The notes: generated by a model not told the origin, from the sequence alone. A stretch of DNA of 64,000 nt from Orbicella franksi (GCA_964199315.1 OZ116700.1:32674001-32738000), one strand, 5' to 3'; counted from the stretch's first letter, positions 1 to 13,800 are shown. Numbers and translations are program-made.

Positions 1-3000
1 CATCTCGTCTAACCTGTCATTGATGGCCCAGTCAAACTGGTCAGGCTGGTTACTGGCGAGTACGAGCATAAACCTGCACACAAAGAAAGAAAAATGAACA
101 AAAACAGAGGAAAAAAATTATGAAGAAACGATTCAATACCGTGCAGTTGGGAATTTGAGAATAGCAAAACAAACAAAAAAAATTTGCATTACAGAATTTT
201 TCAATTTCTAGCTTAAAGTAAAAAGAAAACTTTCGGTTTTAACACCAAGTAATAAATCTCTTACTTGCGCGAAGATTCTCCAGTTCTGTAGAGGAAGGCA
301 TTGAGTGTACTTCGCAAGTCTTCGCTCATCTTTTCCTGAGTGGCCAACAAAATATCTTGTACTTAGTCAAGTTTACACTACACCCTCAGTAAAAGGTACA
401 CATTCTTCCTCGTTTAATTCGACATCATTATTTCTAAGGCCTACAGTCCACACTAATCGGCCATGAAAACGGAGCTTTTCGAAAACGCTCTTCAAACCGG
501 AAGGAATTTGAAAATGCCAGGTTTTTGTTTCCGTGTGGACAGAGAACATTTGGAAAACGGAGCTTTTATTTCGAAAGCGATGGCGTCACGATAATCATGT
601 GATTTTCCTGACCTGGTTTTCCTCAAACACAAATCCAAAATGAGCGGTGATCGTTGCGTTTTAAAATTTCCCCGGCGTAGTGTGGACGGAAAACATTTAA
701 TGCGTTTTCAGAGTGAAACGCCGTTCTCAAATTTCCCTGGGGTAGTGTGGACGGGGTCTTGCTCTATTCAATCTTTTTTGTAGTAGCGTTAAACACTATT
801 GACGCGCGCATGTAGGAACTCTGTGTTCTAAGGACAAAATGTCGCCCTTACCTGATTACGTTTCCGCAAAAAAGCGTCCGCTTCGTCAACAAAGAGCAAA
901 AGCCTGGAGGACAGAGGCGAACGAAAAAATAAGGTATTTAACTCGCAAACACAGGACAACGCGAACAATTTTTTGCTCACCCTCTCCTTGAAGTCTGTGC
1001 CCAGTCAAATACTTTATGCATGGCCGTCACACCCTCCTTCCCCATAGGAACAATGTCACCTCCCGTCATGATGCCGTAATCCATCCCAGAATGCTTGGCG
1101 AGGCTCTGAAAAACAGAGAGTAGCTTTTAGAAACTTTTTCGATTCAAAACTTTTAAGTGTAGAGATAAAAGCTAGTGAAGTTGCTTCCAAGTGATCGTTG
1201 CAGCCCCTAATGACCACTTTATTGCGGGATAAGTCAAGAAAATTACAACACTAGACCGAGATTGAATATAACTGAATGTACGGCCCAGAAATATCGTCTT
1301 CGCTTACAAGAGAAAGAATCACTTTACGAGACGTTTCCTGGGATTAGGGAAAGAGTTAGGCGACTTATATCTATGAATTCCAAAGACTGCCAGCGATCAC
1401 CAACGAGCAAATCCTCTCACCTTTGCAAACATAGTCTTCCCAGTTCCTGGTGGGCCATAAAACAACAGATTTCTGTAGAGTCCTTTGTTTTTCTTTGTGT
1501 TGGCTGTTGCTTTGCTAACTTCTTGAAGCCTTGTTTCGAGGGAGGGCTGTAATGAAGTGATTAAGGACACAAAAATTTACATTGAAGTATTTTTAATAGA
1601 TTGGAATATCACAACTTATTACATGACTAAGTTAGTTCAGAGGGCCAGCAAGTAAAATCAACCAATCACACTGCTCCATTGCCGGCCCCTGGTCTTTTTT
1701 GTACGGACCTTACTATGTCCATTCTGTACTATCAAAACGTCGGGCCAACATTTTTCCAGTACAGTCCTTGCGCTTGGATAATAAGGCCCCGACCACACTG
1801 AATAAATGCGCTTTCGTTTGAAAACGCATACTTTTGGATACGTTTTCTTCTACTGTCCACGCTAAATGCCCGAAAACGCTGATGCAAACAGAGACTTTTG
1901 ACGACGGTGTTTAAAGTGGTGCGTTTTGCAAACGCATCCTTTCTAGTATGCACAGGTGAAAACGGAGACCTTTGAAAATGGTGACGAAAAAATGCATCTA
2001 AAATGATGCGTTTTCACACAAAAACGCATTAGCGTGGACAGTTGAAAACAAATGGAAAACAAATATTTTGCTTCGTCATGTTTGAGACAAAAACGGACAC
2101 TTTCAAAAATGCTGTAGTGTGACCGGGGCCTTAGATATCTAAAATGTTCTTTTCCAAAAAAGTGATCCAACTGTGTGGTGATCATGGGTGTGATCATATT
2201 TTTTAAAATGAACATTTTTCACTTACCTTTAAAATAATTCCTTGTAATGAATCTTCATAGTTAACAAACATTTTTCTAACAGTCTGGAAAAAAAAGAAGA
2301 AACAAAGATTTGTCCCAGCACAAGAATGCTCAGTTTCCAGCAAAAAGAGGGAAGGAAAAATGAACTTTAATGTAACAGTGAATGAAAAATGAAAATAATA
2401 CCTGGATTGGGTGCCTTACAGCACCAAAAACACTCAACCTTGATGTGTCTCGAACAAGACTTGGTTTCCCTAAGCGTGCTTCAACAAATCTACAATGTAT
2501 AAGTAGGCATTAAAATTTAACGTCAGCGATTGATATTTTTTCTAAGAGTGATTATTATATCTAACCTCAGAATAAGAAAGGTGAGTGGAGGCTTAGACTT
2601 TCCTATCATTTCTGTGTTTGGAAATCCCACAAACCTCACAAGTTCTTCAAACAATTTCTCACTATAATTACAACCAGCTGCAAGTCACACAAGACAAGTG
2701 TTTCTCAGAGAGAAGAGAAAGCAACAATGTAAACCTGACCTCGCAGTTACTCCAGTACCATATTTAGCTGTGTACACTCCCAAGGCAAGAAGAGTCAAAC
2801 CAGCTGCCTGGAAGGTAAATCAATCACATAAGTACGATATTTAGAAAACAGAATGGCCAAATCAGGAGCTAATCTATTCTGATGTCACCAAATTTGAATA
2901 TCTTGTTCCCAGGGAGAAGAAGGGCTACCATATGAAAAGGTCCAGGATGCTTGTCCTCTCACTTAGGGGTATAAATCAAGGATTCTGGTCTCACTCAGGG

Positions 3001-6000
3001 TGTTGATGACCAAACCCCACTATTTTAACTTTTAGGGTGCACTCAAAGAAATAATAAGAAAAGAGATGATCTTAATTCTGTTTTTAGGCTTGATTTCTGC
3101 TGGTCTTTTGAGTTCCAGTCTACTGGCACAGGCTCCTTTCCTGAACAGTGGCTGGTAATCAAACTTATCCCATTTTAAGTGGTATCTTTTAGGGGTCAAA
3201 TAAAGATCGAGCCACGCTCAGATTGGTCTCCTTTGGGGGTTCAATTCAAATTTTCTGACTGGGATACAGGAGTCTCCCTCCCCCAGGATCTTGTTCTACA
3301 TGTAACATAACACGTCAATATTCAATGTTCCCAGCATTTTTCTTTTCAGGGAGGGGGGGGAGAGGTGAGTTTGAACAGGTGTAAATTCATCGCAGTTAAT
3401 GAAATTCTCCAAAATAACAATTAGTCAGGAGTCCCTCCTGCAATCAGTATAATTATATAATAAAAAGGGATCCTTACTGTGGCTGATATTTTGTCCCAGT
3501 CTGAGATGAAAGCATCAAACCCTGCTCCAAGTATACTTCCAGCTGTCCTGGAGGAAAACACAAAGAACAAAAACAAATATAAATACTTATCATATCACAT
3601 TATATCAAAAGGGATTGCAGATAAATTAATATAATATTTAATCCAAGAACTCACTTGATTGACTGCAGCACAGTTTCTCTTTGCTCAGCTGCCTTGACTC
3701 TAATCTTTTCCAGTTTGATATCCTTGTTTTCACGTTCTATCTTGGCTCTAAAATTTAACATCAAGAGTATTAATTCTAATAATTAATTAATTTCGTAGAC
3801 TAAAAAAACGTCTGCAAACATGCAGATATTTTGAGTTTCGTTGAATTTATGGGAAGGGATGGTTGAACTTAAAAGTCACATTTGGACAGAATTAACTGGC
3901 TGTTAGAGATTTCAATATAGGTAAGCAATGTAGACTGGTGTATGGTGGGAACAAAAAATCCTCAGGGGTGGATCTAGGACTTTCAAAGGGGGCAGGGGTG
4001 GCTGGTATCTTGAGGTTGCAGAATCATTGGGGTATGCCAACAAAATGTCGGAACTGGAACTTACTGTGAAAACTGTTGCACCAGGAATACTGAACTAGCA
4101 CTGCCACGAGGTAGAGATTACAACAAGGTGCCTGTCCAGAGAGTTTGCCTTTATTTCTGTCATAATATTCACAATCTTTTTTATTTTTGTTTTAATTTTT
4201 TGCTTGTCCCAATCCATTCATCCCCCCCCCCCCCCCAAATCTGCCCCTGATCCTGGTCTTTGTAAGTGGCTACTACAGAGAGGTAGCTACTAATTAATAC
4301 CTGATCAACCTCATCACTTACTTGCCACGAAGCTCTGCTTCCAGCCTCTTCATTTCATTTTGATGTTTTAAATCAGCCTCATACTCAATTGTACCTGAAG
4401 AGGTAATAAACAGGCATCTTTTCACTTGCTGATAAGGAAGTTAATTTAAATGTCAGTTCTTGCCTGTTACAACTGTTTTCATGTCAGTGTTAATTTAACT
4501 ATCACAAGCAATAATTCAGTTAGTGTAATGTACTATATAACAAAAATAATAACGGGTACAACTTAATTATCTACTGAGTGTAGTTTTCAAGCTTTTTAGA
4601 CAAATTCCTTGTTTGGAATGAAAATGTAAAGGAACTTCAATCAAGGAAAACTGAAGGTCTTCTTAAAAAGCTTTGTTCCTTCCTCGGACAAGTTAACATA
4701 AAAAGCCTAACTTGATCATCACAAAAATGTGAAAAAGGCGCACCAGTTGCCAGGCACCAATTTACTGCATTAGTTAATTCAAGCTCTGTTTTACTAAAAT
4801 AATTTGGCATTTTGACTACTAACAATAAATACATGGCTTTAAACATGGCACACAAACAGAAAGCCACTGAGTACCTCTTTTCATAGCCTCTTGTTTCTTG
4901 ACTGACTCTTCTTGTTTAGCCAAGTTGTCTTCATTCATACGTCGCTATGAAGGGAATAAATTTTACTTGTCAGCGATATTTAATATCCACCACTGTGGAG
5001 GCGCGGTGGCCTCATGGTTAGTGCATTCATCTCTGGACTGAGCAGACCAGGTTCAAGCCCTTGCAGGGGACATTGTGTTGTGTTCTTGGGCAAGACACTT
5101 GACTCTCACAGTGCCTCTCTCCACCCAGTTGTATCTATGGATACCAGCAAACTCAATGTTTGGGTTAACCCTGCAATGGACTAGCATCCCATCCAGGGGG
5201 GAGTAGAAATACTCCTAGTCGCTTCATGCTACAGAAACCAGGATAAACTCTGGCCTGATGGGCCACTTAGCTCGAATGGAGGCTTTACCTTAGTTTACCT
5301 TTTTACTGACAGCTAATGTAACACACTACAGACTGATTTCAATGAAAGCAAAATGGCTCCAGAATAATAAAATGTTTTTTATCTTTTTACTTTTTTTTTT
5401 AAAATAATAATAATAAAATGTTGGCATTACCTGTTGCAAAAGCTGATCATCATAACGCTTCCTTGCTAACTGGTCTTGGTACTCAGCACGCTGATGAAGA
5501 ATCAGAAAAAAAGTATCTTTTTAATGTGTAGTTTCTTAGTTTCTTCATTAATATCCTAGATTACTCCTGTTAGACAGAGATAATAAAAATATATCTTGGT
5601 TAAAGGTTTTTTTGGCCATCCATTTACTGGATAATTTGCAGTCAACGAGAAGTAGTTTTGGGTGAAATCTTTTCCCAGCAGATATGCTCTTTTTCTGTAA
5701 GCAGGCAATGTCCTCTCAGTTCAAAACATTGACATTTAAACAGAAAGGAGTTTTAAGATCTAGACTGCATGCCCAATAAATATCATGTCCCTTTGTTTTG
5801 ATTAGCTCCCTGTTTCATACCTTCTGGTGTTGCTGAGTTTCTGCTGCAAGAGTTTTTCTCTTTTCTTCCTGTTCCACTCGTATTCTGTCCAATTGCATGT
5901 GTTCAATATTTGCCTCATATTCCTAAACATAACAGTGACAGCAAACATTTTAAATGTAAGGGCATATTAGGGCATTGGTCTCCAGAGCAATACACTAACC

Positions 6001-7156
6001 AGACCAGAACTAACTTGCGTTAAAATGGCACTACAGGGGCACTACAGATCTAGGATTTTTCTTAGGAGGAGGTGCACCACTGAGGAATGACGTAGCTGAC
6101 TGGTCCAAATATGAAGAAGAAGGCTTCATTTCAGGGGGGGGGGGGGTGTGCACCCACTGCCCCTGCCCTAGATCTGCCCCTGTACTAGTTAATTTGTACA
6201 GGCAAATTATCTGGTAAATGCCAGGGGACCTGCAAAGGACTAACAACTCATACTGGGGGAATTGCATTACTCCTAGCCAGTCCATTCTGGGGTAGGTAGA
6301 GGATTTTAGAGAAGGGGGTTCAAGGTACTGTAGGGGGTCAATTTTAAAAGTCGAGGTCCTCAGAAATGGAATTTCTAACATTCTGAGGCCAAGTCAGTGT
6401 GTTAGAATGTCTCATGGGTTTCGACTGAACCCCCTGAAACCTCCTAGATCTGCCCCAGCCTGTGCTACAGGTGCCCGGTGCTGCCAGTTACGAGTCACCA
6501 GGATGTGAAGATTTACCTTGATTTTCTTCTGCTGCTCCAACTGTTTTGTTGTTTCCTGAATTCTAGCCATCTCCAGTGCTTCTTGAGAGTGATCTTAATA
6601 TAATATATAGTTGGATATCTCAGCATATCATTACTTTCTCTCTAATTTAAAATCAGGAATGATCAATTATTATCCAGAGGAATGGGGGATGGAGGAGGGT
6701 GCAGTGTTTGCTTCATTGTTTTATAAGACGGACAGATTGTTTGATTGGGAATAATGGCAACAGAAATACACAAAGAACACAAACAATTTGTGTCGCTGAA
6801 AGGCCACAGCATAGTAATACAGCGAAGAAGTAAACCGATTTGCGACATCAGCTGTTTTAGTGTTTATGGTTATAGTGAAAATTATGCCTTACACAGAGAT
6901 TATCAGAATACATCTCCGTGCTTTACAGTATTTATCACTCACGTGATTTCTCAAGTTCTCTCGCAGCTTTGGCAGCTCGCTCAAGACCCGACGGATCAAA
7001 GCTTCTCCAAACTGGGGCAGCTTTGGACCCTTCATTCTCCGGTTTGTCATCCTTCCCTCCACCGTCATCACCGCCTGCCCCAGGCGGAGCGCCAGGGATC
7101 AGGGGCGGTCCTTCTCCGGGCGGAGGCGGCTTGTTTACTCCAAATATCCAGGACAT
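1..7156 (-). CDS. ATAD3: ATPase family AAA domain-containing protein 3 (mitochondrial), 3' end outside window
   Basis: Exons with GT-AG ends and consistent phases: 7156-6943, 6593-6517, 5922-5821, 5490-5431, 4944-4875, 4394-4322, 3747-3655, 3547-3478, 2807-2740, 2489-2402, 2283-2227, 1546-1421, 1105-981, 903-852, 335-265, 73-<1. Translation MSWIFG...[19 protein letters not shown], coiled coil, [15 protein letters not shown], Walker [10 protein letters not shown], Walker [36 protein letters not shown] matches ATAD3. Confidence 0.97.
438..758. mobile_element. PIF/Harbinger-like MITE (abundant GGCCCCGTCCACACTAC-type family) in an ATAD3 intron
   Basis: TAA left flank, degenerate inverted termini, internal TTTGAAAACG repeats; related copies at 27577-27936, 46632-46850, 47790-48062, 52405-52680, 54869-55329. 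Confidence 0.8.
1785..2130. mobile_element. PIF/Harbinger-like MITE
   Basis: Inverted termini GGCCCCGACCACACT / AGTGTGACCGGGGCC flanked by TAA / TTA. Confidence 0.8.
2907..3287. mobile_element. Probable MITE in an ATAD3 intron
   Basis: Degenerate CCCAGGG(A)G...CTCCCCCAGG inverted ends, non-coding; family assignment from pattern recognition only. Confidence 0.4.
3963..4249. mobile_element. MITE with CAGGGG(C/T)GGATCTAG termini
   Basis: CAGGGGTGGATCTAGG ... AAATCTGCCCCTG; related copies at 6034-6182 and ending near 6457. Confidence 0.65.
4996..5276 (+). mobile_element. tRNA-derived SINE with conserved core (GGCAAGACACTT..CTCTCACAGTGCCTC..CCACCCAG)
   Basis: A-box-like GGTGGCCTCATGG and B-box GGTTCAAGCCC; fragments of the same core near 10740-10810, 52810-52900, 53130-53250, 57060-57140, 59300-59400. 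Confidence 0.75.
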
Positions 7157-7417
7157 CAAAAACGAAGGAGATCTCTACTAAATACGAAAAGTTTTACCAA
7201 AAGTTTCCTTCGGATCTGATATAAGTTTCACACGTGCAAGGCTCCAAACCGGTAGCCTCGCTCTCACACCAATGGGAATCTCCGCTGGATTTGCAAATCA
7301 CGGCTCAGTACGAATGACGTCACTGCCGAGTTTATCAAGAGGAAAAAGGAACGAGGGTTAAATTTTTCCTTCATTTGCTGCATTGGTTGGGCGTCTAACC
7401 CATCGTAATTCGTCAAA
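7157..7417. promoter_or_regulatory. Candidate bidirectional promoter between ATAD3 and VAMP
   Basis: Only about 260 bp between divergent start codons; CCAAT (~7269), ATTTGCAAAT (~7289), CRE palindrome TGACGTCA (7315-7322), ATTGG (~7382). Confidence 0.6.
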
Positions 7418-10400
7418 ATGTAAGAAGAGACAGTTTCCTTTTTTAATATTATACACCGAACTATGAAATTTGTCGAATGTCCTCGTTATCCTGCGTAATA
7501 TCTTGTGCCGTTAAGCCTTCCGTCCAAATTTGGCGGGCAGTTTCGATGATCTGCACCCCTCTGCTCGCCTCATCCACATTTGATTACTCAAAATTTCTGT
7601 TTCTTTTAATTTCAGGTCGAACAAAAGGTTACAGCAAACGCAAGCCCAAGTAGATGAGGTGATTTCATTATTATGAATTCTCCACTGTTTGGTCTGAATG
7701 TTGAAAACGCACCATTCAAAAACTCCGTCCTCACTGTTTATAAGCTTCCTGTGCTTCGGGTTTTCGGGGAATCAAAGCTTATGTCAAAACAAGATTCTTT
7801 TTTTGTCTCACTGTTGTTTCGTTTTTGATTTGTCTTTTTTAGGTGGTAGATATCATGAAAGTTAATGTTGATAAGGTGTTGGAAAGAGATGCGAAGCTGT
7901 CAGAGCTAGATTCACGGGCAGGTACGAAACTTGTACTTCTCAGTGTTCAACATGAAACAATGCTTGTAGCTTCTTATAAAGGACTCCGTATTTTTTATTT
8001 GTTCGTGCAAAAGGTGTTTCTGTGTAGCATGTCACCAGTGATTTTATACCAAATGTAACGAAAGAACACAGAGAAGCATACAATAAAAAAATTTGTTGTA
8101 TGATTAGTTCTGAATTTGTGATTGCATGTCGCTGACTGACTTAATTTAAATAATATAGGGTTACATGTAATTTTAGACTTGATGTCAATATGTATAGCTA
8201 CCCTCTGACGTATGTTCTCTTAAGTTTGGAATCAAACTGTAGTCCCTCCGAGATTATTGGTGATATTAGTCATTATCGGAGAAAAATACTTAGAACAGTA
8301 CTGTTCCTACAACTTGTGTTATTGAATGTTTTTTTGCAGCCAGTTTTTAGGCTGTACTGCTTTTTTGTTAGTAATTAGTCGTGCAGTCTGATAGTTTCGA
8401 TGTTCAGGAAATAACTTCTCGCATGATAAATTTTTACAATCAGTTTAACGTACACCCAATTTAATGCATTTTGAGTACAAAGACATTTTTTGAAATTTTT
8501 CAGTCAGATCAAAGTCAATATTAAAAGGGCTATTTAAAAAACTTTTGTAATGAAGAAGTGTGCTCTTGTTTTAAGTAGAGACTTAGCAGTGACCTGACGA
8601 GGCATGAAGTACTTTTGTTAATGAGTAGAACGTGCAGCCCTCCAAACCGTCATTTGCCACATACTTGTAACTATTATTATTTTCATCAGTTATTTTTGGA
8701 CAGTTTGGTGTCAGAGCACATTTCAATCTATAAAAATGGTTTCCAAGTTGGAAATTTTTGTTGGGCATTTTCTGATGTTGGACCAGGTGTTATTTCCATA
8801 TAAATGCATGCTGCCGGTCTGTCCTAAAATAGGGATCAACAACTGTCACTTTTTGTTGTGATCAGATCAACTGCAAGCTGGAGCATCACAGTTTGAGCAC
8901 AGTGCTGCAAGACTGAAACGCAAGATGTGGTGGCAGAATTGCAAGGTATGCTAAATCTTTGTAGCTATTCAAATGATGTGTTGTGAATGTCTTGGCCACA
9001 GGTCTCAATGAAAGGGGATACTTCACATCTTGCAAAGCAGTGAATGCATTTACTCTTAGACTTTTTGGAGCCTTAGTTGGATTAACTTTGAAAATCTCCT
9101 AGTTGTCATTTAAGTTGCATGTGTCGATTAAAGTACATACCTAGATAAAGAAACATCAACTCAACTTTGTATCAGCTGGCAGGCATCAGTTCTGTCCAAA
9201 CTAACTAATTCTTCCCCCTGCCCCCTCTAAAGAGCATCTCCACAGAATCATGAAATTGAAAATTCAAAGCCACCCCTCTCCTGAAAACTATTTAGAATGA
9301 AAGTATATTAGGTGAGAAAAGGCAGAGTTGCTCCGACCATTTTCTTCCTCAATGTAAAGCTGATCAATCATTGACATTGACAAGGCTAAACATGCCATGA
9401 AATGTGAAATAAATACCCCAGGTACATACATAGGCAGGGTATCTAGGATTTTGCTTTGTTTGAGAGTGTTCTTATTGCTGGTGTTTGTACAGTTTAAAAC
9501 GAGTTAACTTTTTAAGCCAATGATGTTTTCCTCAGATTGAAACTAGAATTCCTTGTGTTTTGGTACAGTACAAGTTTTACCAATTATAGGCAAACTGATC
9601 TTTGCTGACATCATTGTTTACATTTTTCTTCATTAACATATGACTATGCACAGAGAAGGCATCATGGTAGACACAAATTGATTGCAAACATTTAAAGAGC
9701 TTGTAAAACTTAGTAATTTGTGAAATGTTGGGCCCTTTGGGTGTAATACTTCAGGAGAAATTGGCTTTCATAAACTGGTCAGAAAATTTTTGGGTGGCAA
9801 AAGTGCTAATGTACTCATAAATTCTTTGCATTGCACAAAAACGATTCAATACATCAGACACAAATTCCTTGCAACAGTTGATTGTGCTGTTCAGGCACTG
9901 ATATTTTTTGTAGCTCTATCAGAAACTGTATATTGAAGCTTGCAAATAAACAGATTCTCCTATAGGATGGGAAATTGTAATTTGACTATTTGAGTTTACT
10001 CTTGCTTGTTCAGATGCTGAATATCTTTTTCTGTTAATTTGACAGATGTGGATCATTCTCATTGTGGTGATCCTTGTGATAATTGCTGTCATTGTCAGTA
10101 AGTGTATTCCAGTGTCTTCCTTGCTGAGATCTTGTGGTTTAATATCATTGCATTTATAAATTCAGACATTCATTTGCTATTTAGATGCAGGGGACTAATG
10201 GTTTACCCATGTATTGGACTCCATATCGAGTGGTCTTGGTACAAACTTTGTTAGAGTTGTTGTGCTGTGTTCTTGGACATGATACTTTACTCTTGCAGTG
10301 CTTTCCAAGGGGTTTCTTAAAGGGCTGGGCAATGGGCAAAATGACGGGCTGTGAGGATGATTTTTTCCTACCTGGTTTGACCCTGTAGAGGACGGTTTTT

Positions 10401-11265
10401 CTTGTGAAGAAGTTCAGTTCAAAACGTTTTGCCAGTATGTGAAAACCTTTTGCTATCCTGTTGAAAATGTTATTGAAACCCCTGGCTTCCTGATTATAAA
10501 TGGGTAGCGACAAATTGAGAGGGGAATCTAACAAAATACGTGGGATGATCTTGTGCTGGACTAGTGCCCCTAGTAGCTTTATGCTACAAATTCTGAGTGA
10601 ATTTCAGGTGGTTTTGGGCCACTAGGGTAGTGAAGACCTCTCCCTTTGCCTGGTAAAACCATTTCTTTTTTTGTGGCCATTCAAAGGGTAGATGTTCTGG
10701 AAGACATGGTAGAAGTTTGGTTTTGATGGAGAGTTACTGGATTAGGGCATCCAGGGCTTGAACCCCGTCCATTGTCAATTTTTTTGTGTGTGTTTTTGGG
10801 CAAGACACATCTGTTTTAGTGGTTCTCCTTCTCCCTCCAGCAGAGATGCTGTTATAACTCGGGGAAAAGCTAGTATGTAAATTGAAAGGGTGCATGGAAA
10901 AAGACTCTAAGTGACATCTGATAGACTGTAAGATTCTCCAACAAACTGTTTTTCGCTTCCCTCCACAAAAAAGGGAGAATTTGACATGCGATCAAGAGTC
11001 ACTTAGGGCTTTTTTTTCATACACCCCTTCAATTGTGACTAGCCTCCCTTCTCAAAGAGAAGCACTACATGTACTTCAATCACAAAATTGCTAGGTTGTG
11101 GAATATTTTGTATTCACAAGGTCATTAAGCCTCAACACATTAGCTCTGTTTGATCTGTGTGCTTTTTTTTCTTTCTTTATAGTTTGGGTGGTGACAGACA
11201 ACCAGAAAAATAGTTCAAGTAGTGGTGAAAAAGCTACTGTGGCTTCTACCACAAAAGCAAAATGA
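7418..11265 (+). CDS. VAMP: Synaptobrevin / vesicle-associated membrane protein (R-SNARE, VAMP2/3-like), about 112 aa
   Basis: Exons 7418-7419 (AT, least certain), 7616-7658, 7843-7921, 8866-8945, 10046-10097, 11183-11265. [112 protein letters not shown]; zero-layer Arg and TM helix present. Confidence 0.95.
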
Positions 11266-11589
11266 CGTTAACATACAAAAGGACCCTGAGATATTCTTGT
11301 AATAAAGGGAACAAGGGCTTTTTACAAGTATAAGCTTATTTTGTAGAAGCTGTACATAAAAAGGAGTCTTCTGTGGTCAATCTCAATGTGTGCACTGGCA
11401 AGCACAACTCTAACATAAAGTAATTATAAATTAGTTAGTTTTATTTTGATTAAATAGGTCCCACAGAACCAAACTCTGTAACATAATATTGTAATGCAAA
11501 TCAACTGTGTTGATTGTCCTTGAGTGCAGAGGCCTTTTTTTTTTCAGTAGAGCAATGGAAGCTAAGAATATCATGACTGTAAACTGAAA

Positions 11590-11814
11590 CAGCTCGAAAG
11601 CCGGTTAACGCTAATCCAGGATTAAAAGTTAACCCAAGTATTAATTTTGCTTATAGAAAATGTTTTTCACTGTGTAGTTTGTGATTTTTCAAACTCAAAA
11701 CAGAAGGACAAAGAATATAAACTGACATACCTACTTACCGAAAAGTTACAAAACAAACCAAAATTCTCGCTAATCCTGGATTAGCTTAATCGGGCTTTGA
11801 ACAACCCAACCCTG
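11590..11814. mobile_element. MITE in the VAMP 3'UTR (second copy 34316-34550, opposite orientation)
   Basis: Shared GGTTAACGCTAATCCAGG and GGGCTTTGAACAACCC..CCTG motifs at both loci. Confidence 0.6.
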
Positions 11815-12523
11815 GAATCTATGTAATCCAAGTTACCCAGTGTAGCTGGTAATTATGTGGGGGGACTGAGTGGGAAGGTGCTAGTTGCAGCACTTAAGGG
11901 TTTTTTCAAGGTTTTGTTTGTTCATTACATAAGGTGTTGACACAATTCGAATTACCCAATAATACACAGTACATTAAGATTCTATGGTTGATCAAAATGG
12001 TTTGTTGCTACTATATCTGGGACCCAAATTTCTCGAGGAGCAAAATGAACGCATTTCACATCGCTATATTTGCTAGGATACCAGTTCCTTCAGGCAGTAT
12101 TACATGCATATCTCATAAGAGCTTTTTCCTCAGTTGTAAAATTATGAAAGGCTTTCATATAGACCGACAGGAAAATGTTTCAAGTTTTTGTAAGTTTTTG
12201 CACGGCAGCTGCCTTGTTTTCTTTTTTTAGCTTCAAAAAACATGGACCTAAAAAATTTCCAAAACATTTTCAGTATACAGTGTGGTATAAACTGCTGCGG
12301 TGAAGTGCAAATTCTAAGTGGTGTTTTGCAAAATAAGTATTATATTCAATTTATTATTTACCGAGTTACATTTGATTTACACTGCTATTTTCATTATGTT
12401 AAAAAGAACATTAAACATAAATGATTGTACTTAAATTGTGTATTTTTTTGTTCCTGAAGTGTATGGATGATGGCACTGATTACCATTCATTGCATCTGAG
12501 TACATGTACAGCTACACTGCAAA

Positions 12524-12529
12524 AATAAA
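12524..12529 (+). terminator. Probable VAMP polyadenylation signal
   Basis: AATAAA at the end of about 1.25 kb of AT-rich 3'UTR-like sequence after the VAMP stop. Confidence 0.4.
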
Positions 12530-12812
12530 TTAAAAAAAAAACATTGTTTTATAAACTAGACATGAAATGAAGCCTTGATTTCTCCCCCAGTAACTGCAAC
12601 CACAGATTTCCGCTGACTTTGTTTCTCAAGTATCTGAATCATAAATAACTTTCCCTGAAGAATTACTGTGTCGCAAAGGAAAACCAAATTCCAATTTAAC
12701 AGTACTAAGTTTTCGTGGCTTTGGGGGCTGCCTTGTTAGTTACTCCAAGGTTGACATGTCAAATTCAAGTAAAGGGATCCACAGTGTAATTGCTGTGTTC
12801 TCATACTGGGCA

Positions 12813-12997
12813 TAGCCCGCGAACGCAGACGTATTTCCGGCTGTCGCTTGTCTCCGCCAAAAATAACGTCTGGGAACCCGAGCCAGGAGACGATTTCTGT
12901 GGCTACGTCACAGAAATCGTTTCCTGGCTCGGGTTCGCAGACGTTATTTTTGGCGGAGACAAACGACAGCCGGAAATACGTCTGCATTCGCAGGCTA
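12813..12997. mobile_element. Fold-back (fully palindromic) MITE, TAGCC..GGCTA termini, 8-bp TSD ACTGGGCA
   Basis: Left and right halves are near-perfect reverse complements around a 7-nt loop; identical 8-bp direct repeats flank it. Confidence 0.85.
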
Positions 12998-13588
12998 ACT
13001 GGGCATGGCGATCTTGTTAGATCGTGTAAAACCCATCGACCTATAATTGTTGCGGATTTTGCGGATGGTACTCATCCGCAAAAATAAGTTCCAGCAGAAA
13101 AAAAAACACCAGCAAAATTAATGTAAAAACTGAAAAAATTTAGTCCCGTTAATATAATCAAAAATGTAATCTTGCATTTCATCAGCCGCTTCAAAATCGG
13201 CTTTTACAGCTTGACTGGAAATGTTTTGTAACCGGAAACACTTTGTTTGTACAACGGGCTTGTCGTTGACTGAAATGTCTGAGAAGTATAGACTGTTGTT
13301 TTACGTAAAAAATGTTATAAAAGTTAAAAATGTTACATTTCCTTGTTGATGTTGTTCCTTTGTTGATTCCCAGCGGAAATTTCAGTCAATTCGAGCCGCA
13401 AAAATTTGTTCCCAAAAGCCTCAAAAAAATCGCCAATCCGCAAAAATAAAAGTTCGCCGCAAAGATTTCATGCTACACGGTATGTGCTTCCAGTTTTTGT
13501 TAAGTCCACCCATTCTTGACTTATTTGGAAAGAAGCTGTCAATAAAAGCTGTTACTCTTGTGAAAATAATTATTACACTTTCATTTCA

Positions 13589-13800
13589 GGCAGCGTGGCC
13601 GAGTGGTTAGGGCGCCGGACTTGCTGGAGGTCACGGGTTCAAGTCCCGCTCTGACCACTAGGATGGAGTTGTTTCTCGGTAGACCCTTGTTCAACTCTTC
13701 GGTGATGTTTGTAAATAGCCAACTGGTCTGCCTCCTGCCAGTTGGGATTTTTAAGCCTATTATGTTTATTTGCAGTATTTCTTTCATCCAGTTTAAGTGG
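13589..13800 (+). mobile_element. tRNA-derived SINE (family also at 36844-37070, minus)
   Basis: Head GGCAGCGTGGCCGAGTGG..GGTTCAAGTCCCGCTCTGACCAC, body TTTGTAAATAGCCAACTGGT shared with the 36.9 kb copy. Confidence 0.85.

Noticed and set aside
6745-7224. Plus-strand ORFs of 159 and 87 aa
   Set aside because: Antisense shadows of the GC-rich ATAD3 exon 1.
12736-13087. Near-identical proteins encoded on both strands
   Set aside because: Artefact of the palindromic MITE.
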